The position numbers and the translations under genes were made by a program. 64,000 nt of DNA, taken from positions 1,790-65,789 of the forward strand of contig JAISLQ010000072.1 in NCBI GenBank assembly GCA_031290885.1, written 5' to 3'. The notes below the pieces were generated by a model. The model had not been told where the DNA came from. It saw nothing but the letters and a program-made list of their open reading frames with translations, and made no database searches. Each line of letters starts with the position of its first letter. The first letter of the stretch is position 1. Positions 37,768 through 47,758 of this stretch are shown piece after piece. Source of the DNA: Acidaminococcales bacterium (GTDB taxonomy: Bacteria; Bacillota; Negativicutes; Acidaminococcales; JAISLQ01).

Positions 37768-38487
37768 CTATTGCGTTTGTTCGGTTGATTTTAAATAAAT
37801 ATCTTTTAGCCTGGCTTTGGCTTCCGGCGTATTTTCCGTACAGGAGGCCAGTACCTGGCCTTTTTGCAACAGATACGCCCTATCCGCCATAGCGAGCGCT
37901 TTGAAAGCGTTCTGCTCAATCAGCAGAATGGTAGTTCCGTCTTTGTTGATTTGTTTGATTGTCGCGAAAATATCATTTACGATCAAAGGCGCCAGTCCCA
38001 GGGACGGTTCATCCATAAGGACTATTTGCGGGTCGCTCATTAAGGCGCGGCTGATGGAAAGCATTTGCTGCTCGCCGCCGCTCAAGGTCCCGGCGTTTTG
38101 CGAGCGGCGCTCGGCGAGGCGCGGGAAGGTCGTATAAGCGCGTTCAAGGTTGCGGGCTATGCGGGTTTTGTTCTTGTTGCAGGACGCGCCTACCAAGAGA
38201 TTCTCCTCCACCGTCATTTTCGGGAACACCCGCCGTCCTTCAGGCACCACGCCAATGCCGCGGCTTACGATTGTTTCCGTCGGCAAAGCGCGGATGCTGG
38301 CATCATTAAAGAGAATGTCGCCTGCGGACGGCTTGACAAAGCCCAAAACCGTATTGATGGTTGTAGTTTTGCCGGCGCCGTTGCTGCCAAGCAGGCAGGT
38401 TATGCTGCCCTTGGGTATTTCGATGATCACGTTTTTAAGAACAGGCACGGAACCGTAAAAAGTGGAAACATCAATGAGCGTCAGCAT
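37768..38487 (-). CDS. livF: branched-chain amino acid ABC transporter ATP-binding protein LivF
   Basis: Walker A GSNGAGKTT, LSGGEQQML signature, last gene of the liv-type array. Confidence 0.9.
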   Translation of the reverse strand: MLTLIDVSTFYGSVPVLKNVIIEIPKGSITCLLGSNGAGKTTTINTVLGFVKPSAGDILFNDASIRALPTETIVSRGIGVVPEGRRVFPKMTVEENLLVGASCNKNKTRIARNLERAYTTFPRLAERRSQNAGTLSGGEQQMLSISRALMSDPQIVLMDEPSLGLAPLIVNDIFATIKQINKDGTTILLIEQNAFKALAMADRAYLLQKGQVLASCTENTPEAKARLKDIYLKSTEQTQ

Positions 38488-39266
38488 CAGCGACCGTCCT
38501 CCTGTCCCAGGTAGGCGTTGATCACCTGTTCGTTGCCGGCGATATCGGCAAAAGTGCCGTAGGCGATGTTTTCCCCGTAATTTAAAACCATTACCTTGTC
38601 TACCAGCCCTTTGATAAAGCCCATATCGTGTTCAACGACAATTATTGACAAATCCGGCAGGGATTTTTTTACTTTCAGCAAGTCGTTCATCAGGCGTTCC
38701 GTTTCCAGGCTGTCCATACCGGCGGACGGCTCGTCCAAAAGCAGCACTTTCGGCCCGGAAGCTATGGCCCGGCAGATTTCCAGCCGCCTGCGGTCGGCGT
38801 AGGGCAGATCTTTGGCCAGTTTGTCGGCCTGGCTTACCAACAGGGAGCCAAAAATGCCCATTATTTCCATAGCTTTCTGTATGGCCTGCGTTTGCAAAGC
38901 TTTTTCTCTGGCGGGAGCGAAAATCGCGCCGAAAATGGAAGCCGCCCGGGATTCTTCCAGGCCTATGATAATGTTTTCCACCACGTTTAAGTTCCAGAAC
39001 AGCCGGCCGTTTTGAAAGGTCCTGGAGATGCCGAGATTAAAAATTTTATTGGCAGGCAACCCTTGGATAGGCGCCCCGTTTAAGGCGATGGTCCCGGCGG
39101 ACGGCTGATATATGCCTGACAGCAAATTGAACAGGGTAGTCTTGCCGGAACCGTTCGGGCCAATGATGCCGAGCATTTCGCCGGCGGCAAGCGAAAAGCT
39201 GACCTTGCTGACCGCAGTTACGCCGCCGAAATTTATCGTGAGATCCTTTACTGACAAAAGTTCCAT
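38487..39266 (-). CDS. livG: branched-chain amino acid ABC transporter ATP-binding protein LivG
   Basis: Walker A GPNGSGKTT, LivG-type C-terminus, start/stop overlap with livF. Confidence 0.9.
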   Translation of the reverse strand: MELLSVKDLTINFGGVTAVSKVSFSLAAGEMLGIIGPNGSGKTTLFNLLSGIYQPSAGTIALNGAPIQGLPANKIFNLGISRTFQNGRLFWNLNVVENIIIGLEESRAASIFGAIFAPAREKALQTQAIQKAMEIMGIFGSLLVSQADKLAKDLPYADRRRLEICRAIASGPKVLLLDEPSAGMDSLETERLMNDLLKVKKSLPDLSIIVVEHDMGFIKGLVDKVMVLNYGENIAYGTFADIAGNEQVINAYLGQEDGR

Positions 39267-40418
39267 TTATCCGGCCTCCCGCGGGAAGGCTTTAAAAATG
39301 CGGCGCTTAAAGGGGACAAGGCCTTCGCGCATAAACAACAGGCACAAAACAATTATCAGGCCGTAAAAAAGCACCCGGTAATCCTCAAAAGCCCGAAATT
39401 TTTCAGGGAAAATAGAAAGGGCAAAGGCGCCGAGCAAAGCGCCTGGAATAGAATCCAGCCCTCCTAAGATGATCATGCTGATAATGATGATCGACAAAGA
39501 ATAACCAAAATTTTCCGGCGCGATGAAATTGATCATGGCGGCGTATAACCCGCCCGCCAAGCCGCCAAAAAAGGCGCTGATGGCAAAAGCGTACAATTTG
39601 TAGCTGATAAGGTTCATGCCGTAACATTGCACGGCCAATTGGTCTTCGCGCATCGCGTTCAGCGACAGCCCTAAAAAAGAGTTGCTGAGTTTATACAAAA
39701 CGACTGTGGAGAAAATCAAAACTGCCAGGCACAAATAATAGAAATTGGCCAAATAACTCATGGAAACAAACCCGAGATCCATTGCCGTACCCAGATCATA
39801 ACCGAAAATAACCGGCGACGGTATGTCGATCAAGCCGTTTGTCCCGCCGGTAACGCTTTCGGTATTCAGGATAAGTTCCTGGACGATAAGGCCGAAAGCA
39901 ATGGTTACCAAAGCCAAGTAATGGCCTTTGACCCTTAGCGCCGGCAAACCCAAGATAATGCCGAACAGACAGGCCATGACGCCGGACAGGGGCAGGGCGA
40001 GCCAAAAACTTACGCCAAGTTTCAAAGTGAGAAGGCCGACGGTATAAGCGCCTACCGCCTCAAAAGCGGCGTATCCCAAGCATATAAGCCCGGCGCGCCC
40101 GGTCATGAAGTTAAGGCCAACGGCCATTATGGCGTGCAGCATGGCAAAATTGATGACCTGCAGCCAATAGGGATCGCCATTGACTACGAAGGGAAAAGTC
40201 AGGGCGAGCAAAACGGCGGTCAGGCCAACCTGTTTGATGTTGTCGGCGTAAAGGGATGACAGGCTGCGGACGTGCAAAGGGAATTTCTTTTTATAAACAA
40301 TCGCGCCAAGGAAAAGCGCCAATAAATAACCGGCTACCGCCAAAGGATCTTCGATAACTACAAAAGCAAGAAAAAGTGCGTAAACGAAAAGTTCCGACAA
40401 TAGTATATAAACATTCAC
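39267..40418 (-). CDS. livM: branched-chain amino acid ABC transporter permease LivM
   Basis: Polytopic membrane protein of the LivM type (GRAGLICLGYAAFEAVGAY). Confidence 0.88.
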   Translation of the reverse strand: MNVYILLSELFVYALFLAFVVIEDPLAVAGYLLALFLGAIVYKKKFPLHVRSLSSLYADNIKQVGLTAVLLALTFPFVVNGDPYWLQVINFAMLHAIMAVGLNFMTGRAGLICLGYAAFEAVGAYTVGLLTLKLGVSFWLALPLSGVMACLFGIILGLPALRVKGHYLALVTIAFGLIVQELILNTESVTGGTNGLIDIPSPVIFGYDLGTAMDLGFVSMSYLANFYYLCLAVLIFSTVVLYKLSNSFLGLSLNAMREDQLAVQCYGMNLISYKLYAFAISAFFGGLAGGLYAAMINFIAPENFGYSLSIIIISMIILGGLDSIPGALLGAFALSIFPEKFRAFEDYRVLFYGLIIVLCLLFMREGLVPFKRRIFKAFPREAG

Positions 40419-40433
40419 CGCTCAATTTGCCCC

Positions 40434-41357
40434 CTACACTTTTTCATAAGCGCGTTCGCCGAACAGTCCCGCCGGACGGAAAACAAGGCAGATTATCACG
40501 ATCAGGAAACTGATGAGGTCCTGATAGCTTGAGCCGTCGGGAACGACGCTTACCACTAATATTTCCAGAAAACCCAGCAGGAGGCCGCCCACGATCGCGC
40601 CGTAAATATTGCCCAAACCGCCTACGACTGCGGAAGCGAAGCCTTTGATACTGGCGGCGAAACCCATGTTGAACTTTATAATGCCGTACGCCATGCCGTT
40701 CATCAGCCCGGCTACCGCGCCCAGCGCCGAGCCGAGAACAAGCGTTACAACGAAAACAAGCTTGACGTTGACGCCCATCATCATGGCGGCCTCCCGGTCT
40801 TGGGCGGTAGCGCGGATATATCGGCCAAACACGGTTTTTTCGATAAAATAATACATGCCGCTTATGAGCAGCGCGGACAAGAAGATGCACAGCAAGGTCT
40901 CCGCCTTGATCAATACCCCGCCGGCCGTAAAGCTGCCCATAAAAATCAATTGCGGAAAGGGCTGGGGATTTCTTCCGTTCGGAACAAAAAGCATTACCGC
41001 TTCGCGCACTACTATGGACGCGCCCAAAGTTATGAGCAAAGTCATAATGTCGGGCGTGCCGCGCATCGGCCTGACGATGAATTTTTCCAGCGCGGCGCCG
41101 AACAAGGCCCCGACGATCAGCACTACGGCCAAAACGAGCAATACAAACAAGAACGTGCCGGGGGCAAAGCCGGCGGCGGCGAAAACGCCGCCGCCGATCA
41201 TTGCCGCGAAAGCTCCCAGCATGAACACTTCGCCGTGGGCGAAGTTTACTACTTCAATGACGCCGAAAAACAACGTAAACCCGACGGCGATCAACGCGTA
41301 CATGATGCCTAAGCTCAAAGCGTTAAAAAACTGCTGGACAATTACTTCTCCCGCCAT
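40434..41357 (-). CDS. livH: branched-chain amino acid ABC transporter permease LivH
   Basis: Polytopic membrane protein of the LivH type (QQFFNALSLGIMYALIAVGFTLFFGV...NFAHGE). Confidence 0.9.
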   Translation of the reverse strand: MAGEVIVQQFFNALSLGIMYALIAVGFTLFFGVIEVVNFAHGEVFMLGAFAAMIGGGVFAAAGFAPGTFLFVLLVLAVVLIVGALFGAALEKFIVRPMRGTPDIMTLLITLGASIVVREAVMLFVPNGRNPQPFPQLIFMGSFTAGGVLIKAETLLCIFLSALLISGMYYFIEKTVFGRYIRATAQDREAAMMMGVNVKLVFVVTLVLGSALGAVAGLMNGMAYGIIKFNMGFAASIKGFASAVVGGLGNIYGAIVGGLLLGFLEILVVSVVPDGSSYQDLISFLIVIICLVFRPAGLFGERAYEKV

Positions 41358-41388
41358 TTTTACCCCCGAAAATTTTAAAAGGACCTTT

Positions 41389-42561
41389 TTATTTCTTTAT
41401 CTTTTTATCAACCACTTTAATAGTTGCCTTGTCATAAGAAACCCATTTGCCGCCATCGGAAATAAAGGTCGTGATCAATTTGGTGGTAGTTTGCCCGTTT
41501 TCGTCAAAAGTGGTGTCGCCGATTACGCCTTTGTAGTTTTTGGTCGTCCTTATGGCCTCAATTACCTTGGCGTGGTCGGTGGACTTCGCCCTGGAAATAG
41601 CGTCCATGATCACGCCCATAGTATCATAAGCGAACTGTCCGTAAGCCTCGTAAGGCTCGGCGTACTTGGCCGCTTCATAGTCGGCTTTGAACTGTTTGCC
41701 GCCGGGCAGCTCTTCCAAAGGTTTGCCGATATTGAAAGCGATCATGCCGGCGGCGGCATCGCCCGCGATTTTATTGAAAGTATCGGAAATTATGCCGGAA
41801 TCGCTTAGAAACAGGCAATCCATCTTCAGATCGGCCATCTGGCGTTTAAGCAGGGCCGCTTCCGTCGCCACGCCGCCAAAATAAACGGCATCGGGGTTTT
41901 TGGCTTTTATGTTGGTCAAAAGGGCTGAAAAATCCTGCTGCCCGACCGCTATGCCGTCTTCCGACAAAATCGTCGCGCCGTTTTTCTTGGCCGCCTCGCC
42001 GAACTGCGTGGCGTTTGTCTTGCCGTAATCGGTACGGTCGTTGATAAGGCAAATAGTCTTTACGCCCCATTCTTTGGTCGCCAGTTCGCCGGCATATTCG
42101 TTTTGCACGTTGGCGGCCGTCATGACGCGGGTGACTTCTTTGAAGCCTTTGCCGGTGATGTCGGGATGAATCGCGGCCGTGATTACTATCGGCACTTTGC
42201 TTCTGTGGAAAATAGGCACGGTGGCCAGAGCGCATCCGCTGTTAAAATGCCCGCCGACAGCGACAATATTTTTATCGGCGATCAATTTGTTCGCGGCCGA
42301 TACGGCGGTGGAAGGATCCCCTGCGTCATCGGCGAAGACCACTTCAAATTTGTAAGGATATTTGCCTGATTCGTTCGCTTTTTTAACTGCCAAGTCAGCG
42401 GAATTTTTCAGGCCGACCCCGGTTGCGGCATTGCCGCCCGTGAGCGGCGCCAGAAAGCCAATCTTGACCACCTCGGCTTTTTTCTCCCCGCCGCATCCTG
42501 CTACCAGCAGCATTGCCATAGCTAACAAAAGTAACCGCGAAAACAATTTTTTCATTTTCAT
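41389..42561 (-). CDS. livJ: branched-chain amino acid ABC transporter substrate-binding lipoprotein
   Basis: Lipobox LLVAGCGG and type I periplasmic binding fold sequence (KIGFLAPLTGGNAATG). Confidence 0.9.
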   Translation of the reverse strand: MKMKKLFSRLLLLAMAMLLVAGCGGEKKAEVVKIGFLAPLTGGNAATGVGLKNSADLAVKKANESGKYPYKFEVVFADDAGDPSTAVSAANKLIADKNIVAVGGHFNSGCALATVPIFHRSKVPIVITAAIHPDITGKGFKEVTRVMTAANVQNEYAGELATKEWGVKTICLINDRTDYGKTNATQFGEAAKKNGATILSEDGIAVGQQDFSALLTNIKAKNPDAVYFGGVATEAALLKRQMADLKMDCLFLSDSGIISDTFNKIAGDAAAGMIAFNIGKPLEELPGGKQFKADYEAAKYAEPYEAYGQFAYDTMGVIMDAISRAKSTDHAKVIEAIRTTKNYKGVIGDTTFDENGQTTTKLITTFISDGGKWVSYDKATIKVVDKKIKK

Positions 42562-42600
42562 CCTCCATGCATATTAAAATTTAACACAAATGACGAAAAT

Positions 42601-42629
42601 ATAATAGCATATAACTTTCTATTTTGCAA
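42601..42629 (-). promoter_or_regulatory. candidate liv operon promoter
   Basis: The minus strand reads TTGCAA (42629-42624), 17 nt, TATTAT (42606-42601), inside a very AT-rich region about 40 nt upstream of livJ. Confidence 0.45.
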
Positions 42630-42780
42630 CAGATTAATTATAAATAAAAATATTAAATTAATAACTATCCATTGATTAGAGGAAATATATTAGCCCGCCA
42701 CATTGATTGCGCAAAGAAAACCGCTGGCGAAGGAATGCATTGCCATGGATAATTATTCTAAACACGAACAGCTGCGGGAA

Positions 42781-42820
42781 CAAAATTTCATCCGGCGGGA
42801 GCTTTTGCTCCCGCCGGATG
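42781..42820 (-). terminator. rho-independent terminator after the PFOR gene
   Basis: Perfect hairpin CATCCGGCGGGAGC-AAAA-GCTCCCGCCGGATG followed by AAATTTTG on the minus strand. A second hairpin, CAAGGGTTGGC...GCCAACCCTTG, lies at 42852-42881. Confidence 0.7.
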
Positions 42821-42922
42821 TCGGTTGCGCATTTGTTGCAGTCATGAAGGACAAGGGTTGGCGCCTCTCAGCCAACCCTTGCGGCGAACATAGTCCGCCC
42901 AAGGCGGTCGAACAATGCCGCC

Positions 42923-45900
42923 CTATGCGTTGGCCAAACGCTTGTATGTTTCAAGGCGCAGCTTGGCATCGTTTTCCGTTTTCTGAAAAAGCGCTTCCGC
43001 CTGCATAGGATATTGCTGCAAAAGCGAGGAATATCTGACTTCGCCCATGAGAAAATCGCGGAAATTGGCGGTTGGCTCTTTGGAGTCAAGGACAAAGGGA
43101 TTTTTGCCTTCGTCCGCCAAAGCGGGATTGTATCGGTACATAGCCCAATAACCGCAGTCAACGGCCCGTTTGGCTTCCAACTGGCTTTTGCCCATGCCGT
43201 CCCTCAAGCCGTGATTGATACAAGGGGCGTAGGCGATGACAAGCGAGGGGCCGCGGTACGCCTCGGCTTCGCGGATCGCTTTCAGCGTCTGGGCTTTATC
43301 CGCGCCCATGGAAATTTGCGCTACATAGACATAGCCGTAGCTAATGGCCATCATGCCGAGATCTTTTTTGCGGGTGCGCTTGCCGCTGGCGGCAAATTTG
43401 GCGATCGCGGCGGCCGGCGTGGCTTTTGACGACTGCCCGCCGGTATTTGAATAAACTTCCGTATCGAATACAAGGACATTGACGTCCTCGCCGGAGGCAA
43501 GCACGTGATCAAGGCCGCCGTAGCCGATGTCGTAGGCCCAGCCATCGCCGCCGAATATCCATTGCGATCTCTTCACAAGATAATCACGGCCTTCGTATAT
43601 CTCGTTGAGCAGTTTGTCGCCGCCTCTTTCCTTTTCCAAAAGGCTGATCAATTTTTCGGCCCGTTCGTGCGTTCCCGCGCTCTCATCCTTTTTTTCCAGC
43701 CATTCGGCAAGGGCGGCTTTAAGTTCCCCCGCCGCGCCGGGCAGCGCTTTTTCAACTTTTAAAGTCAAGAGGCCGCGAACTTGCGTTGCGCCCGTATACA
43801 TGCCGAGGCCAAATTCGGCGTTGTCTTCAAAGAGCGAATTTGCCCAGGCCGGGCCGCGCCCGCGATGGTTGACGGTATAGGGCATGGAAGGCGCGCTGGC
43901 GCCCCAAATCGAAGAACAGCCGGTGGCGTTGCTTATAACCATACGGTCGCCGAAAAGCTGGGTAACCAGTTTGGCGTAGGGCGTTTCGCCGCAGCCGGCG
44001 CAAGCGCCGGAAAATTCCAGCAAGGGCGTTTCAAATTGCACGCCTTTGACGGTTGACGTATTCATGGGGTTTGGCTTGGGCGCAAGGCTTCTGGAATAGT
44101 TCCAGGCATCGGCCTTGTCCAATTGGCTCTCCAGCGGCTTCATGACCAGCGCCTTTTCCTTGGATGGGCAAACTTGCGCGCAATTGCCGCAGCCGGTACA
44201 ATCCAGCACTGATATTACTATGCTGAAATTAAGGCCTTTAGCGCCGACGGCCGGTTTTGAGCGGAAAACATCGGGGGCTTTGGCGGCTTCGCCGGCATCG
44301 GAAAGGGCAGGGCGCACGGCGGCGTGGGGGCAGACAAAAGCGCATTGATTGCACTGGATGCATTTGTCCGGCTGCCATTCCGGCACGTCAACGGCTATGC
44401 CGCGCTTTTCATAGGCAGAAGTCCCAACGGGGAAGGTGCCGTCTTCCGCGCCGTCAAAAATGCTGACCGGCAACAAATCGCCTTCCATCTTGTTGACGGG
44501 GACAAGCAGCCGCTCGATAAAAGCGGGGACTGCTGCCCCGCCGGCCTTTTCCTCGTCCTGCGCGCGCTTCCAGTCCGCCGGCGCGTCTACCTTTGATATG
44601 GCGTCAATGCCCCGGTCGATCGCGGCGTAGTTCATGTCAAGCACGGCTTGCCCCTTGAGGCCGTAAGATTCATCGACCGCTTCTTTCAGATACTTAACGG
44701 CGTCGCCAAGCGGTATGATGTCGGCCAGTTTGAAGAAAGCGGCCTGCATGATCATATTGATGCGCCCGCCGAGGCCCAATTGGGCGGCAATGCCTATGGC
44801 GTCAATAATGTAGAAATTAATCTCGTTTTCGGCAATATAGCGCTTCACTTTGGCCGGAAGGCGCTGGCCGGCTTCTTCCGGGCGCCAGAGGCAATTCAGG
44901 AGGAAAACCCCTTTTTTCTTCAACCCGTTCAATATGTCATACTGATTAATGTAAGATTGTTTGTGGCAGGCGATGAAGTCGGCCTTTTCAATAAGGTACG
45001 GCTGCTTGATCGGGCTGCTGCCGAATCTTAAATGCGACACGGTGATGCCGCCGGACTTTTTGGAATCGTAAAAGAAATACCCTTGGGCGTTCATGTCGGT
45101 GTGGTCGCCGATAATTTTAATGGCGCTCTTGTTGGCGCCGACCGTGCCGTCGGAGCCAAGCCCCCAGAACTTGCAGTTTTTGGTGCCGGGGGCGGTAGCG
45201 TCGATATCTTCGCCCGGGGCGAGCGACAAATGGGTAACGTCGTCAACAATGCCGACGGTGAAGCCGTTCATCGGGTCGGGCTTTTTTAGTTCGTCAAATA
45301 TGCCGAGCACATGCGACGGTAAAAATTCTTTGGAACCTAACGCATAGCGTCCTCCCACAATGACCGGGCTCAAGCCGCAATTGTAAAAAGCGGCGCGCAC
45401 GTCGGTATAAAGCGGCTCGCCCACCGCGCCCGATTCTTTGGTGCGGTCAAGCACGGCTACTTTTTGCACGCTTTTCGGGATAGCCGCGAAAAAGTGTTTG
45501 ACCGAGAAAGGACGGAAAAGATGGACGTTGACCATGCCGACCTTTTCGCCTTTGCCGTTTAGATAATCAACCGCGCTCTCAATGGTTTCGCAGCCGGAGC
45601 CAATGGCGACGACAATCCGTTCGGCGTCCGGCGCGCCGTAATAATTGAACGGTTTGTAATCTTTTCCGGTCAGCTTGTTGATCGCCCGCATGTTCTTTTC
45701 CACGATGTCCGGCAAGGCCATATAAAATTTATTGATAGACTCGCGCATCTGAAAATATATATCGGAGTTTTGCGCCGTGCCGCGCATAACCGGCCGGTTG
45801 GGGCTGAGCGCGCGGCTGCGGAAAGCCGCGAGGGCTTTGTAGTCGATGATCTTTGCCAGATCGTCGTAATCCAGCAGCTTTATTTTCTGCACTTCGTGCG

Positions 45901-46426
45901 AAGTGCGGAAACCGTCAAAAAAATTAAGAAAAGGCAAACGGCCTTCAATGGCCGACAAATGCGCCACCGCGCTCAGATCCATCACTTCCTGTACGCTGCT
46001 TTCGGCCAGAAGGGCAAAGCCTGTCTGTCGCGTGGCCATAACGTCCTGATGATCGCCGAAGATACTGAGCGCGTTCGCCGCCAAAGCGCGCGCCGAAACG
46101 TGAAATACTGCGGGCAACAATTCGCCCGCGATTTTATACATATCGGGTATCATAAGCAGCAGGCCTTGCGAGGCGGTATAAGTGGACGTCAACGCGCCTG
46201 ATTGCAAAGAACCGTGCACCGCGCCGACCGCGCCGCCTTCCGACTGCATTTCGACGACCTTCACTTTTTGCCCGAAAATATTGGTTTTTCCCTCTGCCGA
46301 CCATTCGTCGACCGCTTCCGCCATGGGCGACGACGGCGTGATCGGAAAAATGGCCGCCACTTCGGTAAAGGCATATGACGTGTATGCCGCCGCAGTATTT
46401 CCATCCATAGTTTTGGTTTTTGCCAT
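42923..46426 (-). CDS. nifJ: pyruvate:ferredoxin (flavodoxin) oxidoreductase
   Basis: 1167 aa single-chain PFOR. Two ferredoxin-type CxxCxxCxxxCP motifs (CIQCNQCAFVCP, CTGCGNCAQVCP) and a TPP-binding GDGWAYDIG motif. Confidence 0.95.
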   Translation of the reverse strand: MAKTKTMDGNTAAAYTSYAFTEVAAIFPITPSSPMAEAVDEWSAEGKTNIFGQKVKVVEMQSEGGAVGAVHGSLQSGALTSTYTASQGLLLMIPDMYKIAGELLPAVFHVSARALAANALSIFGDHQDVMATRQTGFALLAESSVQEVMDLSAVAHLSAIEGRLPFLNFFDGFRTSHEVQKIKLLDYDDLAKIIDYKALAAFRSRALSPNRPVMRGTAQNSDIYFQMRESINKFYMALPDIVEKNMRAINKLTGKDYKPFNYYGAPDAERIVVAIGSGCETIESAVDYLNGKGEKVGMVNVHLFRPFSVKHFFAAIPKSVQKVAVLDRTKESGAVGEPLYTDVRAAFYNCGLSPVIVGGRYALGSKEFLPSHVLGIFDELKKPDPMNGFTVGIVDDVTHLSLAPGEDIDATAPGTKNCKFWGLGSDGTVGANKSAIKIIGDHTDMNAQGYFFYDSKKSGGITVSHLRFGSSPIKQPYLIEKADFIACHKQSYINQYDILNGLKKKGVFLLNCLWRPEEAGQRLPAKVKRYIAENEINFYIIDAIGIAAQLGLGGRINMIMQAAFFKLADIIPLGDAVKYLKEAVDESYGLKGQAVLDMNYAAIDRGIDAISKVDAPADWKRAQDEEKAGGAAVPAFIERLLVPVNKMEGDLLPVSIFDGAEDGTFPVGTSAYEKRGIAVDVPEWQPDKCIQCNQCAFVCPHAAVRPALSDAGEAAKAPDVFRSKPAVGAKGLNFSIVISVLDCTGCGNCAQVCPSKEKALVMKPLESQLDKADAWNYSRSLAPKPNPMNTSTVKGVQFETPLLEFSGACAGCGETPYAKLVTQLFGDRMVISNATGCSSIWGASAPSMPYTVNHRGRGPAWANSLFEDNAEFGLGMYTGATQVRGLLTLKVEKALPGAAGELKAALAEWLEKKDESAGTHERAEKLISLLEKERGGDKLLNEIYEGRDYLVKRSQWIFGGDGWAYDIGYGGLDHVLASGEDVNVLVFDTEVYSNTGGQSSKATPAAAIAKFAASGKRTRKKDLGMMAISYGYVYVAQISMGADKAQTLKAIREAEAYRGPSLVIAYAPCINHGLRDGMGKSQLEAKRAVDCGYWAMYRYNPALADEGKNPFVLDSKEPTANFRDFLMGEVRYSSLLQQYPMQAEALFQKTENDAKLRLETYKRLANA

Positions 46427-46586
46427 TATAAAATCCCCCTAATAAAATTTATTTAAACTTTCTATGCAGCGCGGCAATAAATTATCCCGCAAACAAAGCA
46501 TCGCCCAACTGTTTGTCCTTGCAGGCAGTTTCCGCCGGCGGCGGCAACGCAATAACGTGAACTGACGGCAACAATTCTTATTGAAT

Positions 46587-46615
46587 ACTATACAATAAAA
46601 TCATCTTTTTGTAAA
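46587..46615 (-). promoter_or_regulatory. candidate PFOR promoter
   Basis: The minus strand reads TTTACA (46615-46610), 17 nt, TATAGT (46592-46587), about 160 nt upstream of the ATG. Confidence 0.4.
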
Positions 46616-46638
46616 ATCGCAAAAGTGCAAAAAGCAGG

Positions 46639-46672
46639 AAAAAAACGGCCGCCCCATTTTGAGGTAGCCGTT
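46639..46672 (-). terminator. probable terminator of the cysK-nitrogenase-like-ABC operon
   Basis: The minus strand shows an imperfect hairpin (AACGGCTACC...GGGCGGCCGTT) followed by T7 (the A-run 46639-46645 on the plus strand). Confidence 0.5.
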
Positions 46673-46731
46673 CGGCCCGTAAGCGTTGCCGGAAACATAA
46701 AAGTCATTGCCGGCCTTGCCAAAACAAGAAT

Positions 46732-47742
46732 TTATTTATATTTGGCGTCAATTCCGGATAAAATAAGGAAGCTGTTGTTATGCAGCGCGTCAACGTCAGT
46801 ATTTTTGTTGAGCATGCCGACGGCCTGCAGTTGCCGGGCGGTAATGCCAAAAGCATTGTAGGCGCCGGAAGACGACGGTATATAATTGAGCGTTTTGAGG
46901 ACGCCGGCGTTGGTTTGCGCGTCGCCCGGAACCCATTTGTTCTCCACCTGAATCCTGGCCGTTTCGTCCTGGTTGGCCTGTACCCAGGCGCTGGCCTTTT
47001 GCATGGCCCTTGTGTATTTGAGCGCCAGATCGGGGGAATCGGCGGCTATGCTGTCCCGCACATAGGCTACGCAGCAATACTGCGAATTGAAAGGGGCGTC
47101 TTTGGCGGAGTCAAACAGCGTTTTGTAGTTGTAAGCGTTGGCGGCGATGGTGGCAGTCGGCTCGTTCATGCCGATGGCGTCGACCGCGCCTTTGTCTAGG
47201 GCGATGGCCAGATCGGATGTGTTGTAGACGACAAATTCCACCTCGGAGTCTTCCATGCCTACGCCGACGCCGCCTGCGGCCAAGGAGCGTTTAGCAAAGA
47301 TGATCGGGCTGCTGCTCATGCTGGGCACGCCGATTTTTTTGCCTCTGAGCCCGGCGGCGCTAGTTATGCCGGAGTCGGCTTTTACCAATACTTTGTCGCA
47401 GCCCGTGTGCAATCCGGTGGTTATTTTGACGGGCAACCCGTTGGAAAGCGGCTGGATGGTACTGGCCAAAAGCGAAAAACCGGCTTCGGTCTGCCCGGAT
47501 GTTACGGCGTCAAAAGCCGTGCCGGGCGCAAGTTTGACTAATTCCACCTCAAGCCCTTCTTCTTGGAAAAACCCTTTTTCCACCGCCATGTGCAGCGGAG
47601 CTTCGCAAAGGCTGCCCGACCAGCCTATTTTCAGCGCCTTTGCGTGAACGGCGCCGACTGCGTAACCGGCGCAGAACATCGCTGTAACGGCGGCCGCGAA
47701 AACGATTTTGACGACGGAAGCACCCTTTTTGTTTTTTGTCAT
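46732..47742 (-). CDS. ABC transporter substrate-binding protein, NMT1/SsuA/TauA-like (NitT/TauT family)
   Basis: Signal peptide MTKNKKGASVVKIVFAAAVTAMFCAGYAVGAVHA. ATG 47742 follows AAGGAGGA; the longer ORF-track start was rejected. Same operon as NitT/TauT-type permease and ATPase genes. Confidence 0.85.
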   Translation of the reverse strand: MTKNKKGASVVKIVFAAAVTAMFCAGYAVGAVHAKALKIGWSGSLCEAPLHMAVEKGFFQEEGLEVELVKLAPGTAFDAVTSGQTEAGFSLLASTIQPLSNGLPVKITTGLHTGCDKVLVKADSGITSAAGLRGKKIGVPSMSSSPIIFAKRSLAAGGVGVGMEDSEVEFVVYNTSDLAIALDKGAVDAIGMNEPTATIAANAYNYKTLFDSAKDAPFNSQYCCVAYVRDSIAADSPDLALKYTRAMQKASAWVQANQDETARIQVENKWVPGDAQTNAGVLKTLNYIPSSSGAYNAFGITARQLQAVGMLNKNTDVDALHNNSFLILSGIDAKYK

Positions 47743-47758
47743 GGTAATCTCCTCCTTG